A stretch of DNA of 64,000 bases, taken from assembly GCA_039583695.1 (NCBI GenBank), contig JAVKSL010000004.1, forward strand, positions 10,543 to 74,542, in the 5' to 3' direction. Positions 8,783 through 19,143 of the stretch are shown here, piece by piece. The DNA is from Acidimicrobiales bacterium (GTDB taxonomy: Bacteria > Actinomycetota > Acidimicrobiia > Acidimicrobiales > JAJPHD01). Positions within the stretch are counted from its first letter, which is position 1. Every line of letters starts with the position of its first letter. The notes beneath the pieces are model-generated. The model did no database searches. It saw only the letters and a list, made by a program, of their open reading frames with translations, and had not been told where the DNA came from. The position numbers and the translations under genes are program-made.

Positions 8783-10747
8783 TCAGGACCCGCCGGGGGG
8801 CGCCACGGAGACTTCCCAGAAGTGCACGGTCACTCCGCCAGTTGTCTGGCCGAGACCCCCGCCAGTGAGACGGAGCGTTTTGATGGTGAAGGGAACGTAG
8901 GCGCCGGTGGAGCCGAGGGTGGAAGGGGGAGCCACAATGTGTGGCTCCCCTGCGGTGGCGTAGATGAAGCGGTAGGTCTGTGCGGGGCCGTCGCCGGTCC
9001 TTACCTGCACATTGACCAACGGGGGCCGAAGTAGCAGCCCGACCAGGGTGGCAATCGCCGACTGCGGCAGGGCTGACCAGGTTGCCAGCACCGCGTGGCC
9101 CGCTGGGACCTTGGGCACGGCGGTCCAGCGATCCCAGCCGGTGTGGACAGTGCCGATCAGGCGCCGCGGGCCACAGCGGGGCGCCACCCGTGCCAGGACC
9201 TCCCAGGTGGGCGTGGCGCTCAGCTGGACGTAGTTGCACATCATGGCCACCCTGGTAGCCGGTGGGTTGAGCTGAGGCATCTTGTTGTCCAGCGCCAGGT
9301 CAGGTTGGACCAGGATCCGGGCAGGAGCGTTCGGGCTGGCCAGATACCTGGCATCGGTGCGGTCCAGGGAGGGGGTGTAGGCGCCATAGGTCTGGAAGCT
9401 GGGAGGCGGGTCGTATCGAATCTGGGGGTAGGCCCAGGTCAGCGCCTCCTCCCACGGGTAGACCCAGGTGGTCTGGCCGTTCACGGCGGCGAGGGTGGCG
9501 GGGTCAAGGCCGTAGCCGGCTTGCATGGCTGTCCTGGCGTCAGCGATCGTCGCCGCAGGCGAGGAGACCACGCGCAGCTGCTGGCTGAGTGCCTCGACTC
9601 CGGCGACGGGGCTCACGCTGGTCCTGGGGATCCACAGAGCTGTGTCGAAACCCAGGAGGGTGACGCCAGCCAAAGCGACGGCAAAGGAGGCCTTGGCCCA
9701 CTTTGCCATGATCCGCAGGGATGCCAGGGCCATGGCGGCAACGCCGAAATAGATCAGCGAGTGGAGGTTGTGGCGGACGAATCCCATCTTGAAGACCGCG
9801 GCGAGCACGGCCAGGGTCAGCAACCCGACACCCCAGCGGGTCACCCCCCGGAGGCGGCGCATCTCTATCGCCGCCACGCCGAGAACCAGCACAGCCACCA
9901 ACGCCGCCCGCCAGTAATCCCCCGCCAGGGCGGGCACCTCCAGACCCATGCCCGCGGAGTACCCGAGCGTCACCTGCATGGAGCTGGACAGCCAGGTGAC
10001 CAGATCGCCGATTGGATTGGCCGTGGCCACCCAACCGAGGACCAAGACCACCACGAAGGCGCCGACGACCTCGAGGATATGCCACCATCGCCGTTTCGCG
10101 GGGATCGCAGCGCCGATGAGGGCCAGCACCAGGATCACCAGGCCGATGCTGAACTTGAACAGCAAGCCGAGCCCGGCGAAGCCCCCCAGCGCCACAGCCA
10201 GGGCGGTCTGGACGCGGGGAACCAACTCGTCCCGAGCCAGCACCAGACACCACAGGATCGCCAGGCCCACCAGGGGCTCCGGGGTGACGACGAGAAAGGC
10301 GGCGATTCCGGCGACCCACGCCAGGATTGTTGCTGCTGGCAGGGAGAAGGACCGGCGCAATGACCACACCAGGGAGGTGAGGACTGCCACGCGCAACAGG
10401 GCCATCCAGACAGTGGCGGCGACTCCAACGTCGGGGTACCATACGGCGTTGGAGGTCAGAAAGGCCAGCGGGCCGTAGGAGAACTGGATGCGGGACCCAA
10501 ATGCTGCCCCGCCCGGGACCAGCGCCCCCGAGCCGGCGAAGGCTCGCTGGGCCGCCATTGCCATCGTCGCCTGCCAGGACTGGTCGATGCCACCCTGGGG
10601 CGCCAGCGGCGCGCTCGCCCAGGTGATCACGGCGAGCACAACCCCGATCCCACCGGCGCTCAAGATCGGGTGGCGTTCCGACCAGCGTCCAGCCTCAGCT
10701 GCCAGCCGGGCCGAAGTTGAGGGGGAGCTCAGGCTGGTAACGGACAC
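8783..10747 (-). CDS. Polytopic membrane protein, possible GT-C-like glycosyltransferase
   Basis: About 10 TM helices, DQSW and FSYGPL in the first loop, extracytoplasmic C-terminus; TATCCT 7 nt before GTG; function inferred. Confidence 0.6.
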   Translation of the reverse strand: MSVTSLSSPSTSARLAAEAGRWSERHPILSAGGIGVVLAVITWASAPLAPQGGIDQSWQATMAMAAQRAFAGSGALVPGGAAFGSRIQFSYGPLAFLTSNAVWYPDVGVAATVWMALLRVAVLTSLVWSLRRSFSLPAATILAWVAGIAAFLVVTPEPLVGLAILWCLVLARDELVPRVQTALAVALGGFAGLGLLFKFSIGLVILVLALIGAAIPAKRRWWHILEVVGAFVVVLVLGWVATANPIGDLVTWLSSSMQVTLGYSAGMGLEVPALAGDYWRAALVAVLVLGVAAIEMRRLRGVTRWGVGLLTLAVLAAVFKMGFVRHNLHSLIYFGVAAMALASLRIMAKWAKASFAVALAGVTLLGFDTALWIPRTSVSPVAGVEALSQQLRVVSSPAATIADARTAMQAGYGLDPATLAAVNGQTTWVYPWEEALTWAYPQIRYDPPPSFQTYGAYTPSLDRTDARYLASPNAPARILVQPDLALDNKMPQLNPPATRVAMMCNYVQLSATPTWEVLARVAPRCGPRRLIGTVHTGWDRWTAVPKVPAGHAVLATWSALPQSAIATLVGLLLRPPLVNVQVRTGDGPAQTYRFIYATAGEPHIVAPPSTLGSTGAYVPFTIKTLRLTGGGLGQTTGGVTVHFWEVSVAPPGGS

Positions 10748-10802
10748 TTGGGAGAGGATAGGTCACGCTCGCGGCTCGACGGAGCGCAACCAGATCTGAG
10801 TG

Positions 10803-12026
10803 TCAGTCCCAGACGGCCATACCAGTGTCGGGATCGAACAGGTGGATCCGGCCGGTGGCGACGCTGAAGGTGGCCCTCTGGCCAGGCTTCAACCCCGAGC
10901 GCGGGTCGACCCGGGCCACGCCCTCGGATATGCCCAGCGGGCTCACAGCCTCGACCGGTTCTTGGTCCGTCGCTCCGCTGGTCGGATCAGACGGCGCCCC
11001 CGCCAGGGCATCCTCGGCCCGGATCCGGCGAGCATCGATCTGGAAGTGGACGACCAGCTCGGAGCCCAGGGCCTCGACCAGCTCCACCTGGCCGGTCAAC
11101 GAGCTCCCCGCCGAGCCGGCATGGTCAGTCAGAGAGCTGTCGGAAAGATTCTCGGGTCGGATCCCGACCACCACCGGCCGGTCACGGTATCTGTCCAAAC
11201 CGGGACGGGCGAGGCGGAGGGCGTCGGGGACTGCAAGAGCCTGGCTGCCCAAGTGGAGCTGCGTCCCGTCCGAGGAGACAGCAGCCTCGTACAGGTTCAT
11301 GGCCGGCGAGCCGATGAACGCCGCCACGAACACGTTGTCCGGATGGTCGTAGAGGCCCTGAGGGGGGCCGCACTGCTGCAACACGCCCGAGCGCAGCACG
11401 GCCACCCTGTCTCCCATGGTCATCGCCTCGACCTGGTCGTGGGTCACGTAGAACGTGGCCACGCCGATCCGGCGCTGGACGCGCGCTATCTCCGCTCGCA
11501 TCTGGACCCGGAGCTTGGCATCCAGGTTGGACAGTGGCTCATCCATCAGGAACACCGCTGGCTCTCGGACGATGGCTCTGCCCATCGCCACCCGCTGGCG
11601 CTGGCCTCCCGAGAGCTGACCGGGCTTGCGATCGAGCTGGTCGGTGAGGCCCAGGATCTCGGCAGCTTGGGTCACTTTGGCCCGTAGGTCGGACTTGGGC
11701 ATCTTGCGCAGCTTGAGAGCAAAACCGATGTTCTCGGCCACGGTCATGTGGGGATAGAGCGCGTAGTTCTGAAAGACCATCGCCACGTCACGCTCCCTGG
11801 GGGAGCAGTCGTTGACCACCTTTCCGTCCACCCGGAGCGTACCGTTGGTGATCCCTTCCAGGCCGGCGACCATCCGAAGCGCCGTGGTCTTGCCGCAGCC
11901 GGACGGTCCCACGAGCACCATGAACTCACCGTCGGCCACATCGAGCTCCAGCTCGGAGACAGCCTTGAATCCGTTCGGGTACACCTTGGTGATGCGCTCC
12001 AGGCTTACCGAGGCCATCGTCTCCAC
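10803..12026 (-). CDS. Sugar ABC transporter ATP-binding protein (MalK/SugC type)
   Basis: GPSGCGKT, LSGGQRQR, DEPLSNLD, FIGSPAMN. Confidence 0.95.
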   Translation of the reverse strand: METMASVSLERITKVYPNGFKAVSELELDVADGEFMVLVGPSGCGKTTALRMVAGLEGITNGTLRVDGKVVNDCSPRERDVAMVFQNYALYPHMTVAENIGFALKLRKMPKSDLRAKVTQAAEILGLTDQLDRKPGQLSGGQRQRVAMGRAIVREPAVFLMDEPLSNLDAKLRVQMRAEIARVQRRIGVATFYVTHDQVEAMTMGDRVAVLRSGVLQQCGPPQGLYDHPDNVFVAAFIGSPAMNLYEAAVSSDGTQLHLGSQALAVPDALRLARPGLDRYRDRPVVVGIRPENLSDSSLTDHAGSAGSSLTGQVELVEALGSELVVHFQIDARRIRAEDALAGAPSDPTSGATDQEPVEAVSPLGISEGVARVDPRSGLKPGQRATFSVATGRIHLFDPDTGMAVWD

Positions 12027-12055
12027 ATCCTTGTCGGACCCTTTCGTTTACGAGA

Positions 12056-12883
12056 CTACTTGAGGGCGCCGGCCGTCAACCCGGCTACGATCCGGCGCTG
12101 GGCAAAGAGCACCAGCAGGGCAATGGGAACGGTGATGATCACCACTGCGGCGTCAATTCGGTTATAAAATACCTGGTAGGCACTCTGGCCCAGGTTGACT
12201 ATCGCCAATGGGGCGGTGAACTTCGAAGGCGTGTCCAGGAAAGACACCGCGAAAGCGAAGTCATTCCAAGCCAGGATGAACGACAGGACGGCGGCGGTGA
12301 ACACCCCGGGCAGCGCCACCGGGATCACCACCCGGCGCAGGGCCTGAAGGCGGCTGGCCCCGTCCACCATCGCCGCCTCTTCCAGCTCCTTGGGTATCTG
12401 CTCGAAGAAGTTCTTGAGTAGGTAGGTCGAGATCGGAAGGGTGTACACCAGGTAGGTCAGGATCAGCGGGTAGATGGAGTTCAAGAAGCCCAGGTCCCGG
12501 TAGATGAGGAACAAGGGGCCCACCATGGCCAGGATCGGGAAGAACCCGGCCAGCAGGACGAACCCGAGAATCACGCCCTTGCCGCGAATTGGCAGCCGGG
12601 CCAGGGCATAGCCGGCGAGCGACCCGAGGATGACCGACGCCACAGTCGTGGCCAGCGAGACGATGGCACTGTTCACCAGGGGCCCGAGGAACGCCTGCTT
12701 GGTGAAGTCCTTTATGTAGCTGGAAAAGGTCGCACCAGACGGGAGGAGGCCGGTCACCCCGTTGCCCACCGCCTGGGTCGACTCAAGTGAGGTACGCAGG
12801 ATCCAGTAGAAGGGAAAGAGGGAGACCACCAGGACCACGACCACGCCCAGATAGAACCAGGATCGTCGCCAGTAGACACTCAT
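12056..12883 (-). CDS. Carbohydrate ABC transporter permease
   Basis: EEAAMVDGA loop, AWNDF, GLTAGALK end; ATG overlaps the upstream stop. Confidence 0.92.
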   Translation of the reverse strand: MSVYWRRSWFYLGVVVVLVVSLFPFYWILRTSLESTQAVGNGVTGLLPSGATFSSYIKDFTKQAFLGPLVNSAIVSLATTVASVILGSLAGYALARLPIRGKGVILGFVLLAGFFPILAMVGPLFLIYRDLGFLNSIYPLILTYLVYTLPISTYLLKNFFEQIPKELEEAAMVDGASRLQALRRVVIPVALPGVFTAAVLSFILAWNDFAFAVSFLDTPSKFTAPLAIVNLGQSAYQVFYNRIDAAVVIITVPIALLVLFAQRRIVAGLTAGALK

Positions 12884-13824
12884 GTTCTGGGCCTCAGCAC
12901 GCGCAGGTAGATGCCGGCGATCACCAGGGCGAGCACCACCAGGCTCACCGATATAGCCCCGCCGTAGCCGAAGTTGGTGTCGACCAGGAATGCTTGCCAG
13001 TTGAGGTACGAGAGGGTCTCGGTGCCGGTGCCCGGGCCACCACCCGTCATTATGTAGATGACGTCGAAGATCAGCAGCGCCTGGAGGGTACGGAAGATCA
13101 GCGCGACGAGCAGGGCCGGCTTCAGCAGGGGCAAGGTCATCCGCCTGAAGGACTGCCATGCGGTGGCCCCGTCGATCGTGGCTGCCTCGTACACCTCGCC
13201 GGGTATCACCTGAAGACCCGCCAGCAAGATGATGGCGATGAACGGGACGTTCTTCCATGCGTCAGCGACAAAGATGGCGATCCAGGCTGTCCACTGCCCC
13301 GCCAGCCAGGTCGTGTGCGCCCCTGGGAGGTGAAAGACCCCGAGGAGGTAGTCGACAAAGCCAGCCCGCGGGTCGAACATGGTCTTCCACAGAGTCGCCG
13401 AGACCACTGTGGGCACCGCCCAGGGAATGAGGATGGCGACCCGCAGCAAGCCCCGTCCCCGGAATGCCTTGTTGAGCATCAGCGCCAGCCCGATGGCCAC
13501 CACGGTCTCGATGACCACGGAGACCGCGGTGAACACCAGGGTTCTGACCAGCGCTCCGACAAATCCCGGGGTATTGAACAGCTCCGCGTAGTTGGACAAC
13601 CCAGCGAAGGTATGGGGCTGAGCCGCGTTGGCCAGGTTCACATTTCGGAACGAGTTGACCAGGTTGTAGACGAGGGGGAACGCGGTGACGAGGAGGAGGC
13701 AGATCACTGCTGGCGCAGCCAGCGCATAGCCGAGCCGGCGGTCCGAGCGCAGGCGGGCACGATCGGTCCCCCCCCGGGGGGCACGCCCCCCGAGTCCCCG
13801 GCGGGGGAGCGCTATATCACTCAC
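12880..13824 (-). CDS. Carbohydrate ABC transporter permease
   Basis: YEAATIDGA loop, IPWAVPTVV, MTGGGPG. Confidence 0.92.
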   Translation of the reverse strand: MSDIALPRRGLGGRAPRGGTDRARLRSDRRLGYALAAPAVICLLLVTAFPLVYNLVNSFRNVNLANAAQPHTFAGLSNYAELFNTPGFVGALVRTLVFTAVSVVIETVVAIGLALMLNKAFRGRGLLRVAILIPWAVPTVVSATLWKTMFDPRAGFVDYLLGVFHLPGAHTTWLAGQWTAWIAIFVADAWKNVPFIAIILLAGLQVIPGEVYEAATIDGATAWQSFRRMTLPLLKPALLVALIFRTLQALLIFDVIYIMTGGGPGTGTETLSYLNWQAFLVDTNFGYGGAISVSLVVLALVIAGIYLRVLRPRT

Positions 13825-13877
13825 TCTGCCCGCCCCTTGTCACCTCACACTCCCAGCAGGCCTGGATCAGCTCGGAT

Positions 13878-15155
13878 TCAGGCGCCAGCTTTGGTCACCA
13901 GAGCCTTGATCGCCGGCGCAGCCAGCGAGAGTGCCCGAGCGGGCTTGATCTGATTGGCGAACACAGCAGACAGGGTGCTCTGGAGAGCGCTGGAAATTTG
14001 GGGATACACCGGGCTCACTGGCCGCGGAGCGGCATCGGCCGCCAGCGCCTTGATCTCGCGGAACTGGGGATCCTGGGCGTAGAGGGCATTGGTGTATGCC
14101 GCGGCCTTGGCCGGAGGGTCACCGCTGGCCTCCGCCCGGCTGACCATGACCGGCACGCTGGTCAGGTACTGGATCAGCTCCCACGCGGCGGAAGCGTGGC
14201 TTGTCTTGGAGTTTATGGCCAGCATCTCACCGCCCAGGGCGGAGCTCGGAGAGCCACCGGAGGCCGCTGGGAACGGGATGAAACCGATCTTCCCGTAGGC
14301 CGGTTCGCCCTTGGTCGTGGCGCTGAAGACAAAGGGGTAGTCGATGGCGAAAGCAGTGTGCCCGGAGCTGAACTCCTGTTGAACCTGCCCCTCCTCCCAG
14401 CCAGTGACCGCGGTCGGCGCGATGTGGTTTGTATACAGCGCGTCATACAGGAACGTGAGGGCTGCGACGTTGCCTGGTGAATCGAGGTTGGACGGGTCCA
14501 GCTTGCCCCCGAAAGCCCCCTCGGTGGTAAGGAACGCCGTTATGGCGCCCTCGTACTTCGCCCCCTCGAAGGCCAAGCCCTCCTTGAGGGCATGGTCGGA
14601 GCGCATGGCTGCCTGGGCGTCGGTGACCAGCTGAGCTGGTGTAGCCGGGGGGGTGGGCACCAGGTCGGTGCGGTAGAAGAGGCCCTCGGGGTTGTCGAAC
14701 CAGGGGATGGCGTAGGTCGCTCCCTGGTACTGACCGGCCGCCACCTCGCCCGAGAAGAAGCTGGACAGATCTGGCTTGTAGCTGTCCAGAGGCAGGACCC
14801 ATCCAGCCTTGGCAAACGCTGCGGGGTAGGTGACATCCGACTCGAACACATCGGGGGTCGAGGACCCGGCTGCGAAGCGCTGCTCCAACTGCTGCAGGTA
14901 GGTGGTCGAGTCGGAGGACAGGACGTCGATCTTGACCGTGATGTTGGGGTGGAGCTTCTCGAAGGCATTGATCTCTGCCTGGGTGGCCCGGCCTTCCGTC
15001 CCAAGCCCGGACTCGGCAAACTCGATGGCCTGCTTGGCGCTTGCCGGGACGCCGGTGGGCTTGGTAGGTGTCGAAGTACCGCAGGCCGCGGCCAACAGCG
15101 CAACTCCGGCCAATCCGACCACCGCCCCCCGCCCACGCTTGATGACACCAGCCAT
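13878..15155 (-). CDS. Sugar ABC transporter substrate-binding lipoprotein (trehalose/maltose-like)
   Basis: Lipobox LAAAC; YEG, LGG and PRPVSP.YPQIS motifs typical of LpqY/TMBP-like proteins; substrate inferred. Confidence 0.85.
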   Translation of the reverse strand: MAGVIKRGRGAVVGLAGVALLAAACGTSTPTKPTGVPASAKQAIEFAESGLGTEGRATQAEINAFEKLHPNITVKIDVLSSDSTTYLQQLEQRFAAGSSTPDVFESDVTYPAAFAKAGWVLPLDSYKPDLSSFFSGEVAAGQYQGATYAIPWFDNPEGLFYRTDLVPTPPATPAQLVTDAQAAMRSDHALKEGLAFEGAKYEGAITAFLTTEGAFGGKLDPSNLDSPGNVAALTFLYDALYTNHIAPTAVTGWEEGQVQQEFSSGHTAFAIDYPFVFSATTKGEPAYGKIGFIPFPAASGGSPSSALGGEMLAINSKTSHASAAWELIQYLTSVPVMVSRAEASGDPPAKAAAYTNALYAQDPQFREIKALAADAAPRPVSPVYPQISSALQSTLSAVFANQIKPARALSLAAPAIKALVTKAGA

Positions 15156-15211
15156 GGTTCCCCCTCTCACCTTGTCACACGGTCGTCCTAGGAACGTAGC
15201 GTCCCCCCTTC

Positions 15212-17911
15212 TTATACCACAGTTGCCGAGGGCTGAACCTCTGCAGTCAGCGGGATCACGATCGAGAAGCGCGAGCCTGAACCCGGGACGGTGTCATAAG
15301 TGACCCGGCCACCGTGGCCCTCCGCCACTTGCTGAACCAGAGAGAGACCGAGCCCCAGGCCTCCGTAACGGCGCGTATCGGATCCATCGCCCTGCACAAA
15401 GTCTGCGAATGCCTGAGCCGCCTCGGTCTCGGACATCCCCTTTCCCTGGTCGCTGACCGAGAGCTCGACATGACGCCCGTCCGGCGTGACGTCCACCCGA
15501 ACGATGACTTGTCCCCCCGCCGGTGAGAACTTGACGGCATTGTCGACCAGCTCGTCCAATGCCAGGGCGAGCCACCGGCGGTCCGCCAGCAGGGGCGGCA
15601 AATCGCGTGGCACCCGCCGGAGCACTCTTCGAGAGCCGGTCACCCGAGCAGACCAGCTCTGGGTGACCTCCCCCACCAGGTCCGCGGGATCAAGGAGCTC
15701 TTTGCGCAGGAATACCCGCCCAGCCCCAGCCGAGGCGAAGAACTCGAGCATCTCCACGGTTCGCAAGAGTCGCTTGGACTGGTCCAGGATCTCGCGGTGC
15801 CAGGAGGCGGCCCGCTCCGGTGAGACCTCAGCCCGCGCCAGCAGCTCCGAAAAGCCCATGATCCCTGTGAGCGGCGTCCGAAGCTCGTGGCCCACCCGCG
15901 AGAGGAACTCCGACTTCATCTGCTCCACCTGGCGCTCGGAACGCAGATCCCGGATGACGAATACAACGCCGGCATCCTGCAACCCGGTCCCCCTCACCTC
16001 GCCAGCCGAGAGCGCTATGGGCACGGGGGACGGGCCGCTGGCGCCCCGCCGGAGGACCATGGCCTCGACGCTCCAGCGCAAACCCGGGGGCTTGCGGAGC
16101 TGCGCCGAGATGTCCCTGCCGTCCTCGTCGACCAGGACAACCACCTCGTCGACCGGCTCACCCAGCACCGTGGCGGCGTTTACGCCCAGAAGCTCTTCGG
16201 CAGCCTGGTTGAAGTCCGTGATGCGACCCGTATCGTCGACCGCCAGCAGGGCTTCCCCCATACCAGCGACCACGGCTTCCAGGCGGCCGCGCAGCGCGGC
16301 CTCGTCCTCCGCCGCCTGGCTCAGCGCCAGGGTCTTGTCGTCGATCGAGGTGGCCATCGAGTCAAAGGCCGCACCCAGCTCGCCCACCTCGTCCCCCGTG
16401 TCGACACCGGCACGAACCCCCCGCGTCCCGCCCCGGATCGCATCGGCCGCGATGGTCAAGCGCCGCAGCCCAGCACCGATCCTCTCGCCGATGGCCGAAG
16501 CCAGCAGCAATGCGAGCAGGGTCCCCCCCAAAGCGATGAGAAAGAGCGTCCGGAACAACGAGTCCTGAGACAGCTTCACCGCGTGGGTCGACGTGGACGC
16601 GACCAGGGCCGCGACCGGGGCGCCCGCTGCATCCAGGACCGGCAAGGCGGTCACGAACTGGTCTCCGACGACCCCCTGAGCAGAGGTCCCGTAGGATAAG
16701 GTCGGCGAAGCCAGCGATCCCACGGACGCTGGGGGCGGAAGCTGCCCCGCCGAGCCCAGGAAGCCGGCAACGCCAAGCAGCCCCAGAGCAACGGTCGGGT
16801 CAGCCTTGGTCTGGGCTGCTAGGTAAGCGTTGTTCAGGGGAGTGACCACCACCGCCACGCCGACCACTTGCATGGAAGCCCCGGGCGCCGCGCTGTGCGC
16901 CACCCGGTAGGGAGAGACGGAGATCGACACCGGTCGCCCATCTACCACCTCGACCGACGCCTCCAGCTTCCCCAGGCTGATAGCCTCGGTCACCGGGACA
17001 GACGCGGCAAGCGAGGGACCAGCAGCGGGCCCGAGCAGGTCTTTGGCGTTAGGGGAAGAGACCAGCACCTGGGGGCTCGTCAATTTGGTGGCGCCTGGAC
17101 TGACCCACAGCGCAGCCGACGACGGCACGGTGGGCAGGTAATCGGACACAAGCCGGACTTCTTTGTGGATGCAAGCAGCCTGGGTCGTGGAGCAGGCGGG
17201 ATGCGTTTGCAGGTACTCCTGCACCACGGCTTCAAGCAGGCGAGCCTCCTCGGGCAGGTCATTGTAGGTGAGAGCCTCAACCTGGCTGACCGCCGATGAG
17301 GCCTGAGCGTAGAGGCTCTTGATCGCCTCGTTCTTCACCGTCGAGGAGAGCACGGCGGAGAGGGCCACCGAGAGCACCAGGACCAGGGCCAGCAAGGTGA
17401 ACCCGGCGCTGGCAGCCACCCTCCCGGCTATCGACCGGCGGCTGGAGAGGACCAGAGCCGCCCCGATAGATATCGCCCCTGCCGCAAGCAGCCCGGCGGA
17501 GACGAGTGGAGCGACGGCCTGAGACCCGAGCGAAGCAGCCTGGGCGATGACCCCAACGCCCAATGCCAAGGTTGCCGCCGCCGCCGAGGTTTCGCCGGGC
17601 ACTCTCTTTGCCGCTGATCCGAGGGCCGCACCTGCGCGCAACCTGCCACCGAAGACCCCTCCAAGCATGACCAGGGCCAGTCCCAGCGCTTGGACGAAGA
17701 TGCCGGCAGCGAACTCTGCGGGCACCAAGAGCGCGCCGTGCAGGAAGGCCACGACGGCGATCGCCGCGAAGCCCACGGCCAGGGCCACCTCATCTCGCAA
17801 CCTGCGGCCCAGGTACTGTGCGCGGAGCAGCACCAGGGCAAAGCCACCCGCCGCCACAACAAAGGTGGCAAACTGCACTGCGAAGGAGACCTGAACAGGC
17901 GCGGCGGACAT
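15212..17911 (-). CDS. Multi-TM HAMP-PAS sensor histidine kinase
   Basis: HAMP (DEVGELGAAFDSM), PAS (FNQAAEELLG), GHELRTPL, DNAVKF, DQGKG, GLGLGL. Confidence 0.9.
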   Translation of the reverse strand: MSAAPVQVSFAVQFATFVVAAGGFALVLLRAQYLGRRLRDEVALAVGFAAIAVVAFLHGALLVPAEFAAGIFVQALGLALVMLGGVFGGRLRAGAALGSAAKRVPGETSAAAATLALGVGVIAQAASLGSQAVAPLVSAGLLAAGAISIGAALVLSSRRSIAGRVAASAGFTLLALVLVLSVALSAVLSSTVKNEAIKSLYAQASSAVSQVEALTYNDLPEEARLLEAVVQEYLQTHPACSTTQAACIHKEVRLVSDYLPTVPSSAALWVSPGATKLTSPQVLVSSPNAKDLLGPAAGPSLAASVPVTEAISLGKLEASVEVVDGRPVSISVSPYRVAHSAAPGASMQVVGVAVVVTPLNNAYLAAQTKADPTVALGLLGVAGFLGSAGQLPPPASVGSLASPTLSYGTSAQGVVGDQFVTALPVLDAAGAPVAALVASTSTHAVKLSQDSLFRTLFLIALGGTLLALLLASAIGERIGAGLRRLTIAADAIRGGTRGVRAGVDTGDEVGELGAAFDSMATSIDDKTLALSQAAEDEAALRGRLEAVVAGMGEALLAVDDTGRITDFNQAAEELLGVNAATVLGEPVDEVVVLVDEDGRDISAQLRKPPGLRWSVEAMVLRRGASGPSPVPIALSAGEVRGTGLQDAGVVFVIRDLRSERQVEQMKSEFLSRVGHELRTPLTGIMGFSELLARAEVSPERAASWHREILDQSKRLLRTVEMLEFFASAGAGRVFLRKELLDPADLVGEVTQSWSARVTGSRRVLRRVPRDLPPLLADRRWLALALDELVDNAVKFSPAGGQVIVRVDVTPDGRHVELSVSDQGKGMSETEAAQAFADFVQGDGSDTRRYGGLGLGLSLVQQVAEGHGGRVTYDTVPGSGSRFSIVIPLTAEVQPSATVV

Positions 17912-17921
17912 CAGCCTGACC

Positions 17922-19079
17922 TCAAGGAGTCGCTGTCGCGGTCGGCCCGGCCGGCGATGACGGCACCGTGTGCGCCAACTTCGAGGTAGCCGACGGCACC
18001 TGGCCTCCCAATGCCTTGAGGGCCGCCAGCGCTTGGTTGAGGTTGCTCACCGCGACGACATGCAGATGGTTGCCGGCCTTGGAAAGAGCCTGGCGGTAGT
18101 TGGCCCCGGCTGGCACCAGGAACACCGTGGCTCCAGCATTGCGCACCGCGATGGTCTTCTGCGGGACCCCCCCGACGGCACCCACCCCACCGCCCAGGGC
18201 GATGGTTCCTGTGGCAGCAATGCGTTGTCCTCCCGTGAGATCACCCCCTCCCAGGTCATCTATGATTCCAAGGGTAAACGCCAGACCGGCCGACGGACCC
18301 CCGATTCCGTCCGAGTTGATCCCCACTTGGAACGGCAGCGTGAAATAAGGTGCCGTCTCTACCCCCACACCAATGTACCCCTCAAATGCCTTGTGCGGAT
18401 TGGCAGCCAGGACGACAGGCTCGGTGCCGCTGGCGCCGTCGAGGTGGCTGACCGACATCGTCACCCGCTCGCCGGGGTGTGTCGCTTGGAGCGCTGCCGC
18501 CAACCCTCGAGCGTCCGAGATCACCTTGCCGTCGATGGCAGTGATCACGTCACCCGGCTGAAGGTCCCCGAGCCTGGCGGCAGGGGTTCCGGAGAGCACC
18601 TCTGCGACCACCGCTCCGGTGTGCTCGGAAACCTTGTATCCCAGCTCACGCAGCGCCACGACCCGAGCCAGCTCGCTCGAGCTGACCATCTGAAGCGCCT
18701 CCTCCTTTGCCGCCACGGGCGGGGGAACCGACGGACCGAACAATACGGCCGCGGGATAGACGGCCGCGTTGGGATCGAGCTCGTAGATTGGCCACTGGAG
18801 CGCACTGAGCTGGAACTCATACACGTCGGTGAGCAGGATCTGGCCCTTGGAGGCAGAGCGGTGTGCGGCTGGCACGGAGATCAGCGGACCGACGGGCTGG
18901 GCTATGCCCGGTGTCAGGACGTAATCGTTCAACCTGACGGAGTTGGCGATGAAGATCCCGGCAATGGCCACGCAGCCGATCACGATGACAACGACCAGGC
19001 TCCGACTTGGTCGCCAACGCCGCGGTGATGTCACGGGCGCGGGCCTGTCTGGCAAGATGCCAGGGTGGTCAACAGCCAT
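17922..19079 (-). CDS. PDZ-containing Lon-like protease (YlbL family)
   Basis: N-terminal TM, PDZ, GGPSAGL catalytic Ser, GGVPQK Lys; start uncertain. Confidence 0.88.
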   Translation of the reverse strand: MAVDHPGILPDRPAPVTSPRRWRPSRSLVVVIVIGCVAIAGIFIANSVRLNDYVLTPGIAQPVGPLISVPAAHRSASKGQILLTDVYEFQLSALQWPIYELDPNAAVYPAAVLFGPSVPPPVAAKEEALQMVSSSELARVVALRELGYKVSEHTGAVVAEVLSGTPAARLGDLQPGDVITAIDGKVISDARGLAAALQATHPGERVTMSVSHLDGASGTEPVVLAANPHKAFEGYIGVGVETAPYFTLPFQVGINSDGIGGPSAGLAFTLGIIDDLGGGDLTGGQRIAATGTIALGGGVGAVGGVPQKTIAVRNAGATVFLVPAGANYRQALSKAGNHLHVVAVSNLNQALAALKALGGQVPSATSKLAHTVPSSPAGPTATATP

Positions 19080-19143
19080 GCATCCGGTCCCGAACCTCCT
19101 GAGTCTTGTTGTAGCATCGGGTTCGCTGTGATGACGTCGCCGT

